Assembly (NCBI GenBank): GCA_902530985.1
Contig: CACACI010000002.1
Span: forward strand, 18,461 to 82,460
DNA: 64,000 nucleotides
Direction of reading: 5' to 3'
Origin: an uncultured Alphaproteobacteria bacterium
Lineage (GTDB): Bacteria > Pseudomonadota > Alphaproteobacteria > Methylaequorales > Methylaequoraceae
A program made the translations under genes and the position numbers. This document shows, one piece after another, positions 20,264 to 29,122 of this stretch (position 1 is the first letter of the stretch; each line of letters begins with the position of its first letter). A model generated the notes under the pieces. It was not told where the DNA came from, did not search any database, and worked only from the letters and a program-made list of their open reading frames with translations.

Positions 20264-21340
20264 ATGAAAAAATTTTTTGAAGTTAATGATGCAACTTTTT
20301 CATCAAATAAAGAACACAACATTAGAAAAATTAATTTTAATATTTCCAAAAGAGGGGAAATCATTTGCTTGCTTGGTCCATCTGGAGTGGGTAAAACTAC
20401 CATTTTGAGAACCATAGCAGGTTTAGAGAGACTTAAAAGTGGAGAAATATGGCTTTCTGGCCAGCTTATATCATCAACTAATGTATCTATTAACCCAGAA
20501 AAAAGAAAAATTGCTTTATCTTTTCAAGATAACTGTTTATTTCCTCACAAAAACGTTTTAGAAAACATAACAGTAGGCCTTCAAAAAGAAAATACTAGAA
20601 ATTTTTTGTATTCACCTAATGAGATTCTAAAAATTTTTCAATTGGAAAAAATAAAAAATAAATTTCCACATGAAGTAAGTTCTGGAGAAGCTCAGAGGGT
20701 TTCTCTTGCAAGATCTTTAATATCTTCACCTGATCTTCTGCTACTAGATGAACCGTTCTCAAATATAGATCCAATATTAAAAGAAGAGTTACAGAAATCA
20801 ATTAAAGATATTCTGAAAAAAACTGGCACTTCTGCTATCATTGTTACTCACGACCCAAATGAGGCCTTCTACCTTGCAGATAAATGTGGGATTATAATTA
20901 ATAACAGTTTAGAACAGTTTGACACCCCATATAATATATATCATTTTCCAGGTACTTTAAATGTGGTGAATTTTTTAAAAAGGGGAACTCTTGTTAATGT
21001 TAGAATATTGTCAAAAACTCAACTTAAACATCATTACCTTGGAATCATAAATGGTAAGTTTGGTTGTTCTAATTTAAACCCATTTAATGTTGGCAATTCT
21101 GTTAAATTATTAATTCAACCCGAAGATTTACATCATGATGATAATAGTAAGTTAAAATTAAAGATAATTGATAGAAAATTTAGAGGTACCAATTTTATTT
21201 ATACACTTACCACGCCTAAAAAAGAATTAATTCCAGTTCTTGTAGAATCACATCACCAACATTTTCATGAAAAAAATGAAGAATTTGGCATAAAAACACC
21301 AATAAACATTGATCATTTAGTTTGCTTTGAAAAAAATTAG
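20264..21340 (+). CDS. fbpC: Fe(III) ABC transporter ATP-binding protein
   Basis: Walker A GPSGVGKTT, signature SSGEAQRV, Walker B LLLLDEP and a C-terminal TOBE-like regulatory domain. Confidence 0.85.
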   Translation: MKKFFEVNDATFSSNKEHNIRKINFNISKRGEIICLLGPSGVGKTTILRTIAGLERLKSGEIWLSGQLISSTNVSINPEKRKIALSFQDNCLFPHKNVLENITVGLQKENTRNFLYSPNEILKIFQLEKIKNKFPHEVSSGEAQRVSLARSLISSPDLLLLDEPFSNIDPILKEELQKSIKDILKKTGTSAIIVTHDPNEAFYLADKCGIIINNSLEQFDTPYNIYHFPGTLNVVNFLKRGTLVNVRILSKTQLKHHYLGIINGKFGCSNLNPFNVGNSVKLLIQPEDLHHDDNSKLKLKIIDRKFRGTNFIYTLTTPKKELIPVLVESHHQHFHEKNEEFGIKTPINIDHLVCFEKN

Positions 21341-21383
21341 ATCTTATACTTTACAATTTTTTTTTTAAAATTATTGTATTCTT

Positions 21384-21587
21384 ATGAATGAAGAAAAACT
21401 AAATCTTTCAGTGAGAAAATTTCTTAAAAATGTAGGTATCAACTCTCAAAGAAGTATTGAAAAAAAAGTCAGAGAAAAAGTAAATTCTGCACAAATAAGT
21501 GGTTCAAAAAAAATTATAATTGAAGCTAGAATTATCTCTGAGGAATTAGAGCTTGATGAAACCATCAATGGTGAAATAGAAATTTAA
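21384..21587 (+). CDS. small conserved-looking hypothetical protein (67 aa)
   Basis: ORF only. Charged helical protein (LSVRKFLKNVGINSQRSIEKKV). No function recognised. Confidence 0.4.
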   Translation: MNEEKLNLSVRKFLKNVGINSQRSIEKKVREKVNSAQISGSKKIIIEARIISEELELDETINGEIEI

Positions 21588-21590
21588 AAG

Positions 21591-21815
21591 TTGAAAAACA
21601 ACTCGAATGAAATAAAAAAAAATTTTGAATTTTGTGACAACAAAGACAAAAGTTTTAATGAGAATATTTTATGTACTCAAGATGATTTTCATAAATCAAT
21701 TGAAGGTAATGCGATTGTTTTTATAATTGTTTATGTTTTTTTAGTTTTATTCATTGCATTGTTATTTCAACTTTCTAAAAAAGATTTCTCAAATAGAGGT
21801 AAAAACAATAAATAA
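21591..21815 (+). CDS. hypothetical single-TM protein
   Basis: ORF with one hydrophobic helix. TTG start. Overlaps the next ORF by 62 nt in another frame. Confidence 0.25.
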   Translation: MKNNSNEIKKNFEFCDNKDKSFNENILCTQDDFHKSIEGNAIVFIIVYVFLVLFIALLFQLSKKDFSNRGKNNK

Positions 21816-22221
21816 CCCATTTGTTATAATTGTAATATTACTCTGTATTCATTATTTACTGATATTTGCTATGAAAATGATTTCAGATCTTTTTGAACTC
21901 AAAGGTTTTTTCATAACGAATATATTAAGAAAAAAAAAGAATTGCTTAATTTTTATCTTAGTATTTTCAATTTTTTATATTTTATGTTCAATGATTATAT
22001 TTAACATGCTCGGTATATCAAATTTACAAATTTTAAATTTTTTGTTTTCTTTTTTAATTATTTTTGAGGTTTGTATTAAAATTTCTCAATCAGATAGATT
22101 TATTTCTTGGATTGGAGATAGTTTAGATAAAACCATTAGAATATTTATAATGTTTATTATAAGCCTTAACTGTACTTACTTTTTTACAAGACTTACCCTA
22201 CAAGTTATTGAAACTTATTAA
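21754..22221 (+). CDS. hypothetical multi-TM membrane protein
   Basis: ORF with about 4 hydrophobic helices. The true start may be the ATG at 21871. Confidence 0.35.
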   Translation: MHCYFNFLKKISQIEVKTINNPFVIIVILLCIHYLLIFAMKMISDLFELKGFFITNILRKKKNCLIFILVFSIFYILCSMIIFNMLGISNLQILNFLFSFLIIFEVCIKISQSDRFISWIGDSLDKTIRIFIMFIISLNCTYFFTRLTLQVIETY

Positions 22222-22227
22222 GATTTA

Positions 22228-22929
22228 CTAAAATAAACTACCTTCTAAAAATTTTTGGACTAACTTATTTTTTGATTGAAGAAAGTTATATTTTTTCGAT
22301 ATTTCAATTATTTTACCTTCATTCATAAATAATATTTCATCCGCAAGTCTTTTTGCTTGAAACAAATCATGAGTAACCATTATGACCTTTAAATTTTGTT
22401 TTTCTTTGATTAAATATCTCTCAATTCTTTTGGTAAATTCCATATCGAGATTAGAACTAGGTTCATCTAAAATTAAAAGATTTGGTCTATTCACCAAAGT
22501 TCTTATAAAAGATAAATATTGTTTATTTCCTTCTGAGAGCTTTCTGGCTGAAATCTTTTCTTTGCCTAAAAAACCAAAATATTTTAAGAGAAAAATAACT
22601 CTTTTATTTATTAATTCTTTATCATATCCTTTGATTTCCATAGGATAAGCAAGGTTATTAAAAACATCCCTTCTTAAAAAAGTAATATTTTGTGATAAAT
22701 AACCTGTGTTTGGAATCTTTCCATTAAGTCTAATAGATAACTGTCCATTATGAGGTTTAATTAATCCTTTAATAATTTTAGTTAAGAGTGATTTTCCCGA
22801 ACCATTAGGACCAAGGATCATTGTTATTCCATTTGTAGATATATTTGCTGAAAGATCTTTAAAAAAAAACTTGTTATTAACGCTATAGTTTATTCCTTTG
22901 AGATTTATAAGATCTTTAGTTTTAGTCAT
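22228..22929 (-). CDS. ABC transporter ATP-binding protein (tungstate/molybdate-type small importer)
   Basis: Walker A GPNGSGKS, signature LSEGNKQ, Walker B LLILDEP. Confidence 0.8.
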   Translation of the reverse strand: MTKTKDLINLKGINYSVNNKFFFKDLSANISTNGITMILGPNGSGKSLLTKIIKGLIKPHNGQLSIRLNGKIPNTGYLSQNITFLRRDVFNNLAYPMEIKGYDKELINKRVIFLLKYFGFLGKEKISARKLSEGNKQYLSFIRTLVNRPNLLILDEPSSNLDMEFTKRIERYLIKEKQNLKVIMVTHDLFQAKRLADEILFMNEGKIIEISKKYNFLQSKNKLVQKFLEGSLF

Positions 22930-23617
22930 AAGAATATTTCTTTGAAATTGTTTTCATCACCATAACTATAGCATTTATGGAAATTGAGATTACTATCAAT
23001 ACAATGCCCAAGGACATAGCCATGGACAAGTTTCCTTTTGAAGTCTCTAAGGCAATAGTTGTTGTCATTACTCTCGTGTAATGAATTATATTACCCCCAA
23101 CAATTATTATAGCTCCAACTTCAGATAAAGCCCTTCCAAGACCGGTTAGGATGCAAGTAATTAAAGAAATTCTGGCATCAAAAACTGTAGTTTTAATTCT
23201 ACTAACTAAATCGACCTCAAAGGTATCAAATATCTCATTATACTCGTCAAAAATTTGTCCTAAAAGTTCGGTGCTAACGGAAACAATAATAGGAAGAATT
23301 ATTATAACTTGTGCAACAACCATTATTGATGGAGTATATAAAATATTAAAAAAACCTAATGGTCCAGTTTGAGAAAAAAGGATATATAATAAAAGGCCTA
23401 CAAAAACAGGCGGTAATGCCATCATTGCATTAAAAAATATTATGATAGTTTTCTTACCATAAAAACTTTTTGAAGATAATATTCCCGCTATTGGCAACCC
23501 TATAATGGTAGAAAGAATTAAAGCTAAGAAGGACACCCTCAATGACAACCATATTATTTCGTATAAATCGGAGTCAAAAGAGAAAATAAGTTTCAATGAA
23601 TCAGATAACACACCCAC
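22922..23617 (-). CDS. ABC transporter permease (TupB-like)
   Basis: 231 aa, 5-6 TM helices, EAA-type loop GRALSEVGAIIIVGGN. Confidence 0.7.
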   Translation of the reverse strand: MGVLSDSLKLIFSFDSDLYEIIWLSLRVSFLALILSTIIGLPIAGILSSKSFYGKKTIIIFFNAMMALPPVFVGLLLYILFSQTGPLGFFNILYTPSIMVVAQVIIILPIIVSVSTELLGQIFDEYNEIFDTFEVDLVSRIKTTVFDARISLITCILTGLGRALSEVGAIIIVGGNIIHYTRVMTTTIALETSKGNLSMAMSLGIVLIVISISINAIVMVMKTISKKYSYD

Positions 23618-23621
23618 TTAT

Positions 23622-23855
23622 TCAAATATCATGTTTTCCAATTATAACTGCAGCTGCTGGAAAAATACATGTAACAACATTACCTTTGCCTAGGTCCATA
23701 TCTTTACATATATCAACCGGAACAGCAGCATGAATAAAACTACCTGTCATATTTCCATCTGCATCTGTTTGTTCAACTGAAACCCTAGAATAACTTGAAC
23801 CGTGAATAACTGAAGTAACTTTACCTTTTATTTGATTTTTTGCACTTATACGCAT
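23622..23855 (-). CDS. molybdenum-pterin-binding (Mop/TOBE) domain protein
   Basis: MRISAKNQIKGKVTSV is the canonical Mop/TOBE N-terminus. I prefer this Met to the upstream one at 23870. Confidence 0.75.
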   Translation of the reverse strand: MRISAKNQIKGKVTSVIHGSSYSRVSVEQTDADGNMTGSFIHAAVPVDICKDMDLGKGNVVTCIFPAAAVIIGKHDI

Positions 23856-23890
23856 TAATGAACCTTTCAAAAAAATATTAAATAATTAAT

Positions 23891-24784
23891 TTATTTTTTT
23901 TTCCATAAATAAACAAGACCTGCTGCAGAAATATTATGCCAGAGACTAAATAAAGCGGATGGAAGGGCAACTAACTTCGAATAATGAATTAAAGCCAAAG
24001 TCATCCCAAGGCCAGAGTTTTGCATGGCAACTTCTATGGCAATTGTTTTTTTTACATCAATTGGATATTTTAAAAAATTAGTAATTTTAAGGGCAAAATA
24101 AAGTCCAAATAAGTTGTGAAAAATTATTCCAAGAACCATTTTATAAGAAATATTTTCTAGACTATCAAAATTAACTGCAAAGATTATAGCAATAATAAAT
24201 GCTATTATGACTTCTGAAAAAAATGGAAAAAATTTAGTATAATTTTTTTCCTGTTTATCAAAAATTATTTTTACAATTAAACCGGACAAAACAGGAAAAA
24301 AAATAATAAAAAAAGTTGACCTTAATAGACCAATTAAATCAATTTTGATACTCTCATCAGCCAGAAAAAATATTATAAACGGAGTTAAAATAACTGCTAA
24401 TCCAGTTGAAGCAAAAGTACAAAATATGGATAAAGAAATATTAGCCCTACAAATGTAGGCTATTACATTTGAAGCTGTCCCTCCTGGACATGCACCTAAA
24501 ATAATAAACCCCAAGGCAATTTCTTTAGGAAAATTAAATAACTTTACGATAATAAAAGCAAGCAATGGCATAATCGAAAACTGTAAAAATAATGTTGTAA
24601 AAATCCAAAATGGTTTCTTTAATATTGCTTTGATCTCATCAAGTTTAATAGTCATCCCCATTCCAAACATAACTAAACCTAATAGAATTGGAATTAAGGA
24701 TTTATATACAACAAAAAAGTCTGGGAAAACTAAACTTAGTGATAAAAAGATTATTATTAGTATTATAAAACTTGACCTATGCAA
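23891..24784 (-). CDS. bile acid:sodium symporter (BASS/SBF) family transporter
   Basis: 297 aa, about 9 TM helices, family motif GACPGGTASN. Confidence 0.8.
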   Translation of the reverse strand: MHRSSFIILIIIFLSLSLVFPDFFVVYKSLIPILLGLVMFGMGMTIKLDEIKAILKKPFWIFTTLFLQFSIMPLLAFIIVKLFNFPKEIALGFIILGACPGGTASNVIAYICRANISLSIFCTFASTGLAVILTPFIIFFLADESIKIDLIGLLRSTFFIIFFPVLSGLIVKIIFDKQEKNYTKFFPFFSEVIIAFIIAIIFAVNFDSLENISYKMVLGIIFHNLFGLYFALKITNFLKYPIDVKKTIAIEVAMQNSGLGMTLALIHYSKLVALPSALFSLWHNISAAGLVYLWKKK

Positions 24785-24804
24785 ATAAACACCTCAAGAT
24801 AATC

Positions 24805-25242
24805 CTAGTTTTCATAGTCTCTTAACATCTTTTTTATTTCAATACCATGCATCTCTTCTTGTTTAATCATCTCTCTAGCATATTCTTCAATATATAAACT
24901 TTTATTTTCTGAATGATCTAATAGATCTTGATATAGACCTATTGCTTTTTGTTCATGGTTAAGGCTCTCATTTAATAAATCTTTGATTGAATGTTTATTA
25001 GTTTCTTCAATTTCAGGTATTGCTTGAGATGGATGGCCATCTAAACCAGTTAACAATTCTCCGGCAGCATGAGCATGATCTAGTGATTCTTTGGCTTGTT
25101 CTCGAAAAAATTTGTCAAGACTAAGTCTATGAGGACCCGTTACCATTAATGCAAAATGAGTATATTTGACAACCCCAGCAAGTTCATATTTAAGAATATT
25201 ATTCAGAGTTGCGATAGTTTTTTTTAAATCAATATTTTTCAT
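24805..25242 (-). CDS. ferritin-like / bacterioferritin family protein
   Basis: 145 aa four-helix pattern with di-iron ligand contexts (ELAGV...ESLDHAH...LNHEQKA...EEMHG). Confidence 0.7.
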   Translation of the reverse strand: MKNIDLKKTIATLNNILKYELAGVVKYTHFALMVTGPHRLSLDKFFREQAKESLDHAHAAGELLTGLDGHPSQAIPEIEETNKHSIKDLLNESLNHEQKAIGLYQDLLDHSENKSLYIEEYAREMIKQEEMHGIEIKKMLRDYEN

Positions 25243-25337
25243 TATAAATTCTCCACATTTTTAAAATAATTAATATTTAATGATGAGATAACAAAAAATA
25301 TTAATTAGTGGAAGGAAAAGCAATCATTTTCTTTTTG

Positions 25338-25353
25338 TGGCATTAATTTTGCT
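25338..25353 (+). promoter_or_regulatory. sigma-54 -24/-12 promoter motif TGGCATTAATTTTGCT
   Basis: GG-N10-GC spacing and flanks match TGGCAC-N5-TTGCW. Exactly 11 nt separate the motif from the ATG at 25365. Confidence 0.6.
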
Positions 25354-25364
25354 CATATTTACCA

Positions 25365-26225
25365 ATGATAAAAGAAATACCAAAATTAGACTGGGGCGGC
25401 TTTATTTTACTAGAATATCTTCTATCAAAAAAAGCTTTCCCTAAGAATTTTAAAGTCCTTGATATTGGTGGAGCTCTAGGAAATCATTCTCAAATAATGA
25501 GAAAATTTGGTTTATCCGTTGATTTGATTGACAAATATGAAAAAAAAGCAGAATTTATTGGAGATTTTAATAAATACCAATTTCAATCAAAATACGATAT
25601 GATTTTTTGCTCACATGTTATAGAGCATCAAAGAAATCAGGGAGCATTCTTAGATAAGATTTATGATACATTAAAAGATAACGGAGATTTAGTCATTTCT
25701 GGTCCAAAACACCCTGCAGAGAGATTTGTTGAGGGACATATTTCTACAACTATATTACCAGTATTTATGCAAATATTAATCTATGCTGGATTTGATTGTA
25801 AAAATGGTAAGATTATGTCTCTTGCTGGTATTGAAAATTCATTCATTGTTAAAAAAGCCAAAAATTTTTCATTAGATGAAAGAGACGAAACTGGTTACAA
25901 ATGGACAGACAAGCATCACGCGCGAGCACCTAATAAACTAGTTGCTGGTTATGAATTACCTGCTATTAATCTAGATTTATATAATTGTAATATATTTAAA
26001 GTTCATATCAAAGACTCTACAAACAATTTAAATAATAAACCTAAAATTGGACTTATTTATAAACCTCCATCAAAATATAAAAAAAAAAAAGTAAATTTTT
26101 TTTTAAACCTTTGGAAGCAATTTTTTCTTTTTGATTCAAATTTAAAAGAATTAGCAAATCCTAAAAATATTATCCCCTCAAGCCAACAAAGTTCGAGTAA
26201 ACAATACATTCAATTTCAAATTTGA
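25365..26225 (+). CDS. class I SAM-dependent methyltransferase with a lysine/asparagine-rich C-terminal extension
   Basis: Motif I VLDIGGALG, acidic post-I LID, motif II DMIFCSHVIEH, motif III LKDNGDLVISGP. Confidence 0.55.
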   Translation: MIKEIPKLDWGGFILLEYLLSKKAFPKNFKVLDIGGALGNHSQIMRKFGLSVDLIDKYEKKAEFIGDFNKYQFQSKYDMIFCSHVIEHQRNQGAFLDKIYDTLKDNGDLVISGPKHPAERFVEGHISTTILPVFMQILIYAGFDCKNGKIMSLAGIENSFIVKKAKNFSLDERDETGYKWTDKHHARAPNKLVAGYELPAINLDLYNCNIFKVHIKDSTNNLNNKPKIGLIYKPPSKYKKKKVNFFLNLWKQFFLFDSNLKELANPKNIIPSSQQSSSKQYIQFQI

Positions 26226-26240
26226 AGATTAATAAGAAAT

Positions 26241-26256
26241 ACTTTTTATAAAAAGT
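26241..26256. terminator. AT-only palindrome ACTTTTTATAAAAAGT between convergent genes (weak bidirectional terminator candidate)
   Basis: Perfect 16-nt palindrome read directly. Low stability. Confidence 0.2.
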
Positions 26257-26299
26257 TAAGTTAAATCAGATTACTTAATAGTATTAGTTATAATAAGTT

Positions 26300-26647
26300 T
26301 TAAATATCACGATAAGATTTATAAAACTTTATTTTTTTCTTAATTATTCCAAGACGACTAGCCCTTGTATCATGCATTTTTTCAATCATTTTTTTGTTAA
26401 GATTAATGATATTTGAAATTTGAGGTTGAAGATTTTCATCAATTGGGTTTTTTTGCTTGATAATATCTTTTAAAATTTTCTGTCTTACTTTTTCTAGATG
26501 AACAATTTTTTCAGGATTTCCATTATCAATCAAATTTGTCATAGAAACACTCAATTCTTCAAGTCTCTGAATTTGTTTGGTTAAATTTTCATTGTAGGAA
26601 CATTCATCACCCTTTAAAAATTTATCTGATAACATTCTCAGCTCCAT
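26300..26647 (-). CDS. hypothetical coiled-coil protein downstream of a fliS paralog (FliT/FlgN-like position)
   Basis: 115 aa, predicted helical. Overlaps the end of the upstream fliS-like gene. The functional call rests on position only. Confidence 0.35.
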   Translation of the reverse strand: MELRMLSDKFLKGDECSYNENLTKQIQRLEELSVSMTNLIDNGNPEKIVHLEKVRQKILKDIIKQKNPIDENLQPQISNIINLNKKMIEKMHDTRASRLGIIKKKIKFYKSYRDI

Positions 26648-27023
26648 TCTCGCTCATATAGTTAAAATTAAACATCGTATCTAGATTAACGGCGGATTTT
26701 AAAATTTCTTTACCTTTAAGCCCTGTAATCCCATCAATTAACTTTTTCCTACAGAATTCATAAAATTTAAATAAATCAGCAGATAAATTAAGTTCTTTGT
26801 CAAAATCAAGGCTTGTTTGAAGCGTATAGATAATTGTTAGTGCTTTAGAGAAATTTTTCTGTCTAATTTCATCTATCTCTTTTTTTTCTATTTTTTGAGA
26901 TACAATATCCAAAGCTTTCATTAATTCATAATTAATTTTTTTAAATATTTCAAATGGATCTGCTTGTTCTAAACCACCATTCTGGCTTTTTTTATAAAAT
27001 TTCTTTGCTTGACTAAGTTTCAT
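26622..27023 (-). CDS. flagellar export chaperone FliS-like protein (paralog A)
   Basis: 133 aa. Core FSKALTIIYTLQTSLDFDKELNLSADLFKFYEFCRKKL aligns with the FliS pattern KA..II..L...LD.....a..L..lY.y....L. Confidence 0.55.
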   Translation of the reverse strand: MKLSQAKKFYKKSQNGGLEQADPFEIFKKINYELMKALDIVSQKIEKKEIDEIRQKNFSKALTIIYTLQTSLDFDKELNLSADLFKFYEFCRKKLIDGITGLKGKEILKSAVNLDTMFNFNYMSENGAENVIR

Positions 27024-27098
27024 AAGCTATTATTTCTCTATGATCAACGCTAATTACAATTATGTTGACCCAATTGCTAATAAATTTGTAGATAATGT

Positions 27099-27114
27099 AG
27101 CAAAAGGTGTGCCA
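27099..27114 (-). promoter_or_regulatory. sigma-54 -24/-12 promoter motif TGGCACACCTTTTGCT (minus strand)
   Basis: Exact TGGCAC-N5-TTGCT, 75 nt upstream of the fliS-like ATG at 27023. Confidence 0.65.
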
Positions 27115-27376
27115 CATCCAGTCGTAGATAGAAACATTATTAGAGGTGTTGATGAAAATCATAATCTTAACCATTACAATAGAGAAAACTCTGATTTATT
27201 AAAAAAAAACCTATATAGTCCAAAACTAGCTCCAAGTATTGGAATCAGTACAGAGGCTTTTCTAAAATCAAGACAACTTTTTGGTCCAATTTACTTTCAT
27301 AATGAAAGTATCACAAGATATCTGATGATTTCGACCATAAAAACCTCAGCTTCGCAACAAAGAAATAGTATTGATT

Positions 27377-29083
27377 TTATGATTTAGTCTCAACATCAGC
27401 TCTAAATGCCTCAGCTTCCAAATAACTTATAAATAAATCATTTTCACTAAAGATACCTATAATCCTTCCTTTTTTATCTACAACAGGAATAGATTCACCT
27501 ACAAAATCCTTGCATTTTTCTATTGTCGTTGAAAGATCTTCATCAGCCTCGATTTTTAAAAATTTAGATTTTTTAACATCCTGAATTTTTTGATCTAATT
27601 TATAAGATAATAATAATGGAAGTGAAATTTTTCCAAATAATTTGTCATTAGCTCCTATATAATAACCTTCACTACACTCTTTCTCTTTAAATTTTTCAAT
27701 AGCTTCCGCAACTGAAATATTACCTCTTAATTTCAAAAAGTTTTTATCAACTATTTCACTAATTTTTTTTCTTTGTAGAAAAAGAATATCTCTGCCAACT
27801 GTTATATCTATTTTTCGGTTATTAAGTAATTGATCAAATGTAGACTGTCCAATTAATTGAGAAGAAACTATAGTTGCAACCACTATACAAACTCCAGCCG
27901 AAAGTGCTGCTTGGTAATTCGAAGTTAATTCAAAGATTATTAAAACATTTGCAATTGGACCTCCAATAATACAACTACCTAATGCAGACATAGACGATAG
28001 GATAATTAAAAAAGGATTTACATCTGTTAAAATAAAGGAACCCACTCCTGCTGAAACAACACCCATACTTGCCCCTAAAAATAAAGCAGGTGCAAAAATA
28101 CCTCCAACTAAACCCATTCTAATACATACAGTAGTCAGAAATAATTTGAGAATAAGAAAAATAATTGCTAAATTTAAATCAATTCTATTATTCAATAAAT
28201 TATTGATTGTTTCTGAACCAATCCCAGTTACCTCAGGAAACTTGATGGCTACAATACCACAAATAAGTGCTGCATAAGCTGGCATCAAATAGGTTTTTGA
28301 ACCAAAATTATTTAAAAAATTCAAACTTTTATTAGTTATCAAATATGAATACAAACTAGCTAGCAAACCAGCAAAAATGCCTGCTACTATTATAACAATA
28401 ATATTTAGAGGACTATTACCGGTTACAACTGGGATATCAAATGTAGGTTCATAATTAAAAACCTCTACGGTAAAAAAGTATGAAATAATAGAAGATAAAA
28501 GTATAGGTGAAAAGCTAGCTAAAGACTGATGACGAAGTACTACTTCTCTTGCATATATTAATCCAGCAAGTGGCGCTCCAAAACCAGCAGAAATAGCAGC
28601 AGCCACTCCAGAACTCACTAATATTTTATAATCTGGAGCATATGAAAATAATTTCTTAATTTCCGCACCAATTGTTCCACCAAAATGAACTAATGGTCCG
28701 TATTGACCAACTGAACTTCCGCATGAAATTGACAAAATTGAGGCAATTGAAGTCAAAAATCCTGATTTTATATTTAGTTCCTCATCATCTTTATGAACTG
28801 AAAGTATAACGTCAGGTGGACCATGCCACCTTTTTCCTTGATTAAAATTTCTTATTATTCCAACAATAAGGCCAACTAAAAATGGTACAATTAAAAAGAA
28901 AAAAATGATTTTTATTACTAATTCATTATAACTGAAATGATGTTGATTAACTAATTCTGTGTAGTCTGTCCTTAATAAGTTTGATAGGTAATTTACCAAG
29001 TAAAGGAATATCTGGACTAGAACAGCTACAGATGAGCCTACAACTAGTCCAGTAAGAATTACCGAAATTATTCTTCCAACCAT
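27377..29083 (-). CDS. ClC-family chloride channel / H+-Cl- exchanger with a C-terminal CBS pair
   Basis: 568 aa. Selectivity-filter motifs GSSVGQYGP and GGIFAPALFLGA. Two CBS-like repeats at the C-terminus. Confidence 0.85.
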   Translation of the reverse strand: MVGRIISVILTGLVVGSSVAVLVQIFLYLVNYLSNLLRTDYTELVNQHHFSYNELVIKIIFFFLIVPFLVGLIVGIIRNFNQGKRWHGPPDVILSVHKDDEELNIKSGFLTSIASILSISCGSSVGQYGPLVHFGGTIGAEIKKLFSYAPDYKILVSSGVAAAISAGFGAPLAGLIYAREVVLRHQSLASFSPILLSSIISYFFTVEVFNYEPTFDIPVVTGNSPLNIIVIIVAGIFAGLLASLYSYLITNKSLNFLNNFGSKTYLMPAYAALICGIVAIKFPEVTGIGSETINNLLNNRIDLNLAIIFLILKLFLTTVCIRMGLVGGIFAPALFLGASMGVVSAGVGSFILTDVNPFLIILSSMSALGSCIIGGPIANVLIIFELTSNYQAALSAGVCIVVATIVSSQLIGQSTFDQLLNNRKIDITVGRDILFLQRKKISEIVDKNFLKLRGNISVAEAIEKFKEKECSEGYYIGANDKLFGKISLPLLLSYKLDQKIQDVKKSKFLKIEADEDLSTTIEKCKDFVGESIPVVDKKGRIIGIFSENDLFISYLEAEAFRADVETKS

Positions 29084-29122
29084 TAGATTTTATTCTATGG
29101 CATAGGAAAAAAATAACAAATA

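Noticed and set aside
27040-27387. 115-aa plus-strand ORF between the fliS-like gene and the ClC gene.
   Set aside because: It has no SD and no recognisable motif. Its 3' end overlaps the ClC stop. It also contains the consensus sigma-54 promoter (27099-27114) of the divergent fliS-like operon. The region is more likely promoter/enhancer and terminator space, although I cannot fully exclude a real gene.
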